Source of the DNA: a bacterium
GTDB lineage: Bacteria; SAR324; NAC60-12
DNA: 64,000 nucleotides
Direction: 5' to 3'
Assembly: GCA_965205865.1 (NCBI GenBank)
Contig: CBDBHR010000030.1
Span: 256,001 to 320,000 of the forward strand
Part shown: in pieces, positions 61,524-64,000 of the stretch
Numbering within the stretch: the stretch's first letter is position 1
How the letters are laid out: each line of letters opens with the position of its first letter
Translations under genes and position numbers: made by a program
The notes under the pieces: generated by a model
The model's input: only the letters and a program-made list of their open reading frames with translations
Told to the model about the DNA's origin: nothing
The model's database searches: none

Positions 61524-62530
61524 CTAGTGCCCCATCGATTCCTTCAGCTCCTGGTCAACCCAGAGCCGGGAATAGATGGTATGGTTCTGGCCGCCTCCTA
61601 TGGTATACTCACCGTTGTAACCTCCGAGCCACGGCTGGCTAAAGTGATACACAGGCGATCGCGGACCCCATACTTCCCACTGCTTCTTTATGTAGTACAT
61701 ATCGGCCTTTCTCACCAGCCTCTGCATCTCCTCGTAGGTGGAGGCGCTTTCGGCGGCTTCCACGATGGCGTCATACTCAGGGTCCTGGACCCCGGACAAG
61801 TTCCAGTTTTCATTCGAGTAAGCCATGATTCGTATGTATACGAGGGCGTTATAATCGGTGCCCCTTTCTCCCAGGGCCATACCTTCATAAGTATGGGCAT
61901 TCCAATGAGAGCTCAGAGTCGGCACGTTGGTCAGGTTAATCTCGACATCGACGCCAATCTTCGCCCAGTAGTCCTTAGCTACTTGTGTATACTCTGGATC
62001 CCCACGAGTGTCATCAATGAGGAGGGTGGTCTTGAATCTAGTGCCGTCAGCGCCGCGCGGATACCCAGCCTCATCAAGCAGCTTCTCGGCCCTTTCCGGG
62101 TCATAGCCATAGTTTGCCTTGACCTCTTCCGGCCACTCCTCAAATGGGACGTAGAACCCGATGACGCCTCTCCCAACCATCCCCATCGGTTTCGTCACTC
62201 CCAAACCATCATAGAGGCTCTGGTTGATTGTCTCTATGTCTATTGCCAACTGCATCGCCTGACGCACCCGGATGTCACTAAAGGGCGGCTTGCGCACATC
62301 CATGGCATAAGAAGTTTTCGATTTACCGTATATGCTGTGTGTCATCACGAGTTCAGGGTTGGTCCGCTGGAGGCTCTCTGCGTCGTCTATGCTTAAATCC
62401 CTCACCAGAGTAAGCTTACCGGTCCGTAGTGCCGCCAGTCGTGTCGCTAAATCTGGCATGAATAACATCTTGATCTCGTCAGCGTAGGGCAGGCGGTTCC
62501 CCGGGAACTTCTCATCGTCTTTCCAGTAGT
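61524..62530 (-). pseudogene. Family-5 substrate-binding protein, 5' half cut off by an IS
   Basis: Begins abruptly at NYWKDDEKFPGNRLPY (the middle of the cluster 1 paralog), next to the AT-rich IS end. Confidence 0.82.
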
Positions 62531-64000
62531 TAGAAAAATACTCCTAAATGACATTTCTTCAATTTCACAGGAAAATTTGTTTGATACAGTTTCAGATGGC
62601 CAGAATCAGCAAAAAAGATTTTTGATAAGTTTTAAAATCTTCCGATAGGTGAATACCATTAAATATCATGAGTTTCTAATTTCAGCCAAGCACTATAGAC
62701 CCTCTCGAAAATAGTAAATATAACCGATTGGATTCTATTTGATTCTCTATGATTCAATATGACGAGAAAACGATTTATTTTTGTTTTTTATTCGCCCACA
62801 GCACAGTTTTTATAGGGAAAAAATCTTTTTTGGACATACTTTCCTCGCCCCTGCTCATATTTCACACTCCCCCATTGAATATTCAGGCCGCTTGTTTGAG
62901 TTGTCTTTTTTTCAACTCAATCATTTTGCAAAAATTATAGGTTAATGCTTTTTCCAGCAACTCTGCCCGAACGTTTTCAATCCCTCTGCGCATAACTTGT
63001 CCGAAATGGAAACGATGCTTAAGATGAAACATCAACGACTCTGCAGCAGATCTTCCATTTCGTGATTCCAAATAGATTTCACTTTCCCATTCTTCAATCG
63101 GGGTCATCTTTTTTCCCTTTGCCCCACTAATACTAAAAACCTTAACGCCTTTGCCCATCCACTTTTCTCTGATCGCCTGATTGGCATATCCATCATCAAG
63201 GCTCACTTCAGAGGGAATGGTGATGGTGCATCTCAAATGTTCAACAAGGGCAGGGTCGAGTTGCCCTGAATCAGCAGCATTGCCCTCCGGAGTAATTAAC
63301 ACGGAAATAAAACCATTTCCGCTCCTTCCTAATTGAGGCTTATATCCGATAAGCGCTTCTCGATCTCCCTTTTGAATATAAGCCGAACTCTGATCGGAAA
63401 GACTCAATACTTTCTCAGTAGAAGGAACCTTCTTTTCTTCAAAAACTCTTTGATGACAGTAGATGATTACCCGTTGCAAATTAGAAATATCTTCATTCAT
63501 CATTTCAATGAGGCGAATCAAACGCGTTTTCCGAGAAGGGGGGAGAAGAGCTTTTTGGGCACGGATATCCACCTTTGCCATTTCTTTTAAAAATTTCCCA
63601 TGAGCGCTTTGAGCTTTCTTCAATAGGGTTTTGTAATGTTTTTTTCGCTTCGTTTTACTGTCCTTTTTACCTGTCTCAAAAGCAATCATCTTAGAGAGCT
63701 TATTCATCTCCTTGATGAGGAAATCAAAATTTCTTTCACTGATCTCAGCGATTCCAAATGTATCAAGGGAACGCCCTCGATGGTAGCTTCGCTCCACGAG
63801 ACGAGTCAATATCGACGAATCAGTAGGCCAAGCTGTATTTCCTTTTACAGAGGTGCTATCCAGTTTTAAAATATCAAAATCGTCCAACTCTTCATTGAGA
63901 ACCATTCGAATTTGAGCATCGAAAATAAACTGTCTGGTCTCGTTGCTGACAGCATTGACATTATCAAGGATTGTACTCGCTCCCGGCATTTTCAATCCAC
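62531..64000 (-). mobile_element. IS element with DDE transposase (IS5/ISNCY-like), runs off window
   Basis: ORF 62883->63995: DSTSVKGNTAWPTDS, KVLSL, GNAADS, LDDGY, RSAAESLM..LK. Confidence 0.8.

Overview
Bacterial chromosomal window, probably from a deltaproteobacterial (SAR324-like) genome; the taxon is only inferred from protein style. It has three parts. (1) About 2.9-23.3 kb is a decaying defence/mobilome island. It holds an MmeI-like type IIL R-M gene, an AT-rich ASCH + PIN-GNAT pair, an SfiI-like type II R-M system, a TIR-domain gene and a secreted 37-aa-repeat protein with attC-like remnants, TA modules, a damaged umuDC plus SRAP, and several IS relics. The island is divided by six co-oriented copies (plus a fragment) of a ~310-365 bp element derived from a Y1/HUH REP-associated transposase (RAYT-like), with GGGGTCAGGCTTGCAAG terminal inverted repeats. 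These termini are themselves targeted by two different group II introns, one complete and ORF-less, each with an EBS1-position loop complementary to its insertion site. (2) About 23.4-47.1 kb is core genome: csp, tRNA-Asp/Val, iscR-like/iscS/iscU/hscB/hscA, tyrS, an orphan nuoM, a methionine cluster (JAB peptidase, cystathionine gamma-synthase-like, ArsR-MTase, metH), LLM oxidoreductase, class I aldolase, a multidomain APC transporter, dienelactone hydrolase and tRNA-Leu. (3) About 47.2-64 kb is a second plastic region with two paralogous peptide ABC clusters lacking ATPase genes, TA modules sharing a leader, a glycyl-radical pseudogene and IS elements. All calls come from reading the sequence by eye; no searches were run.
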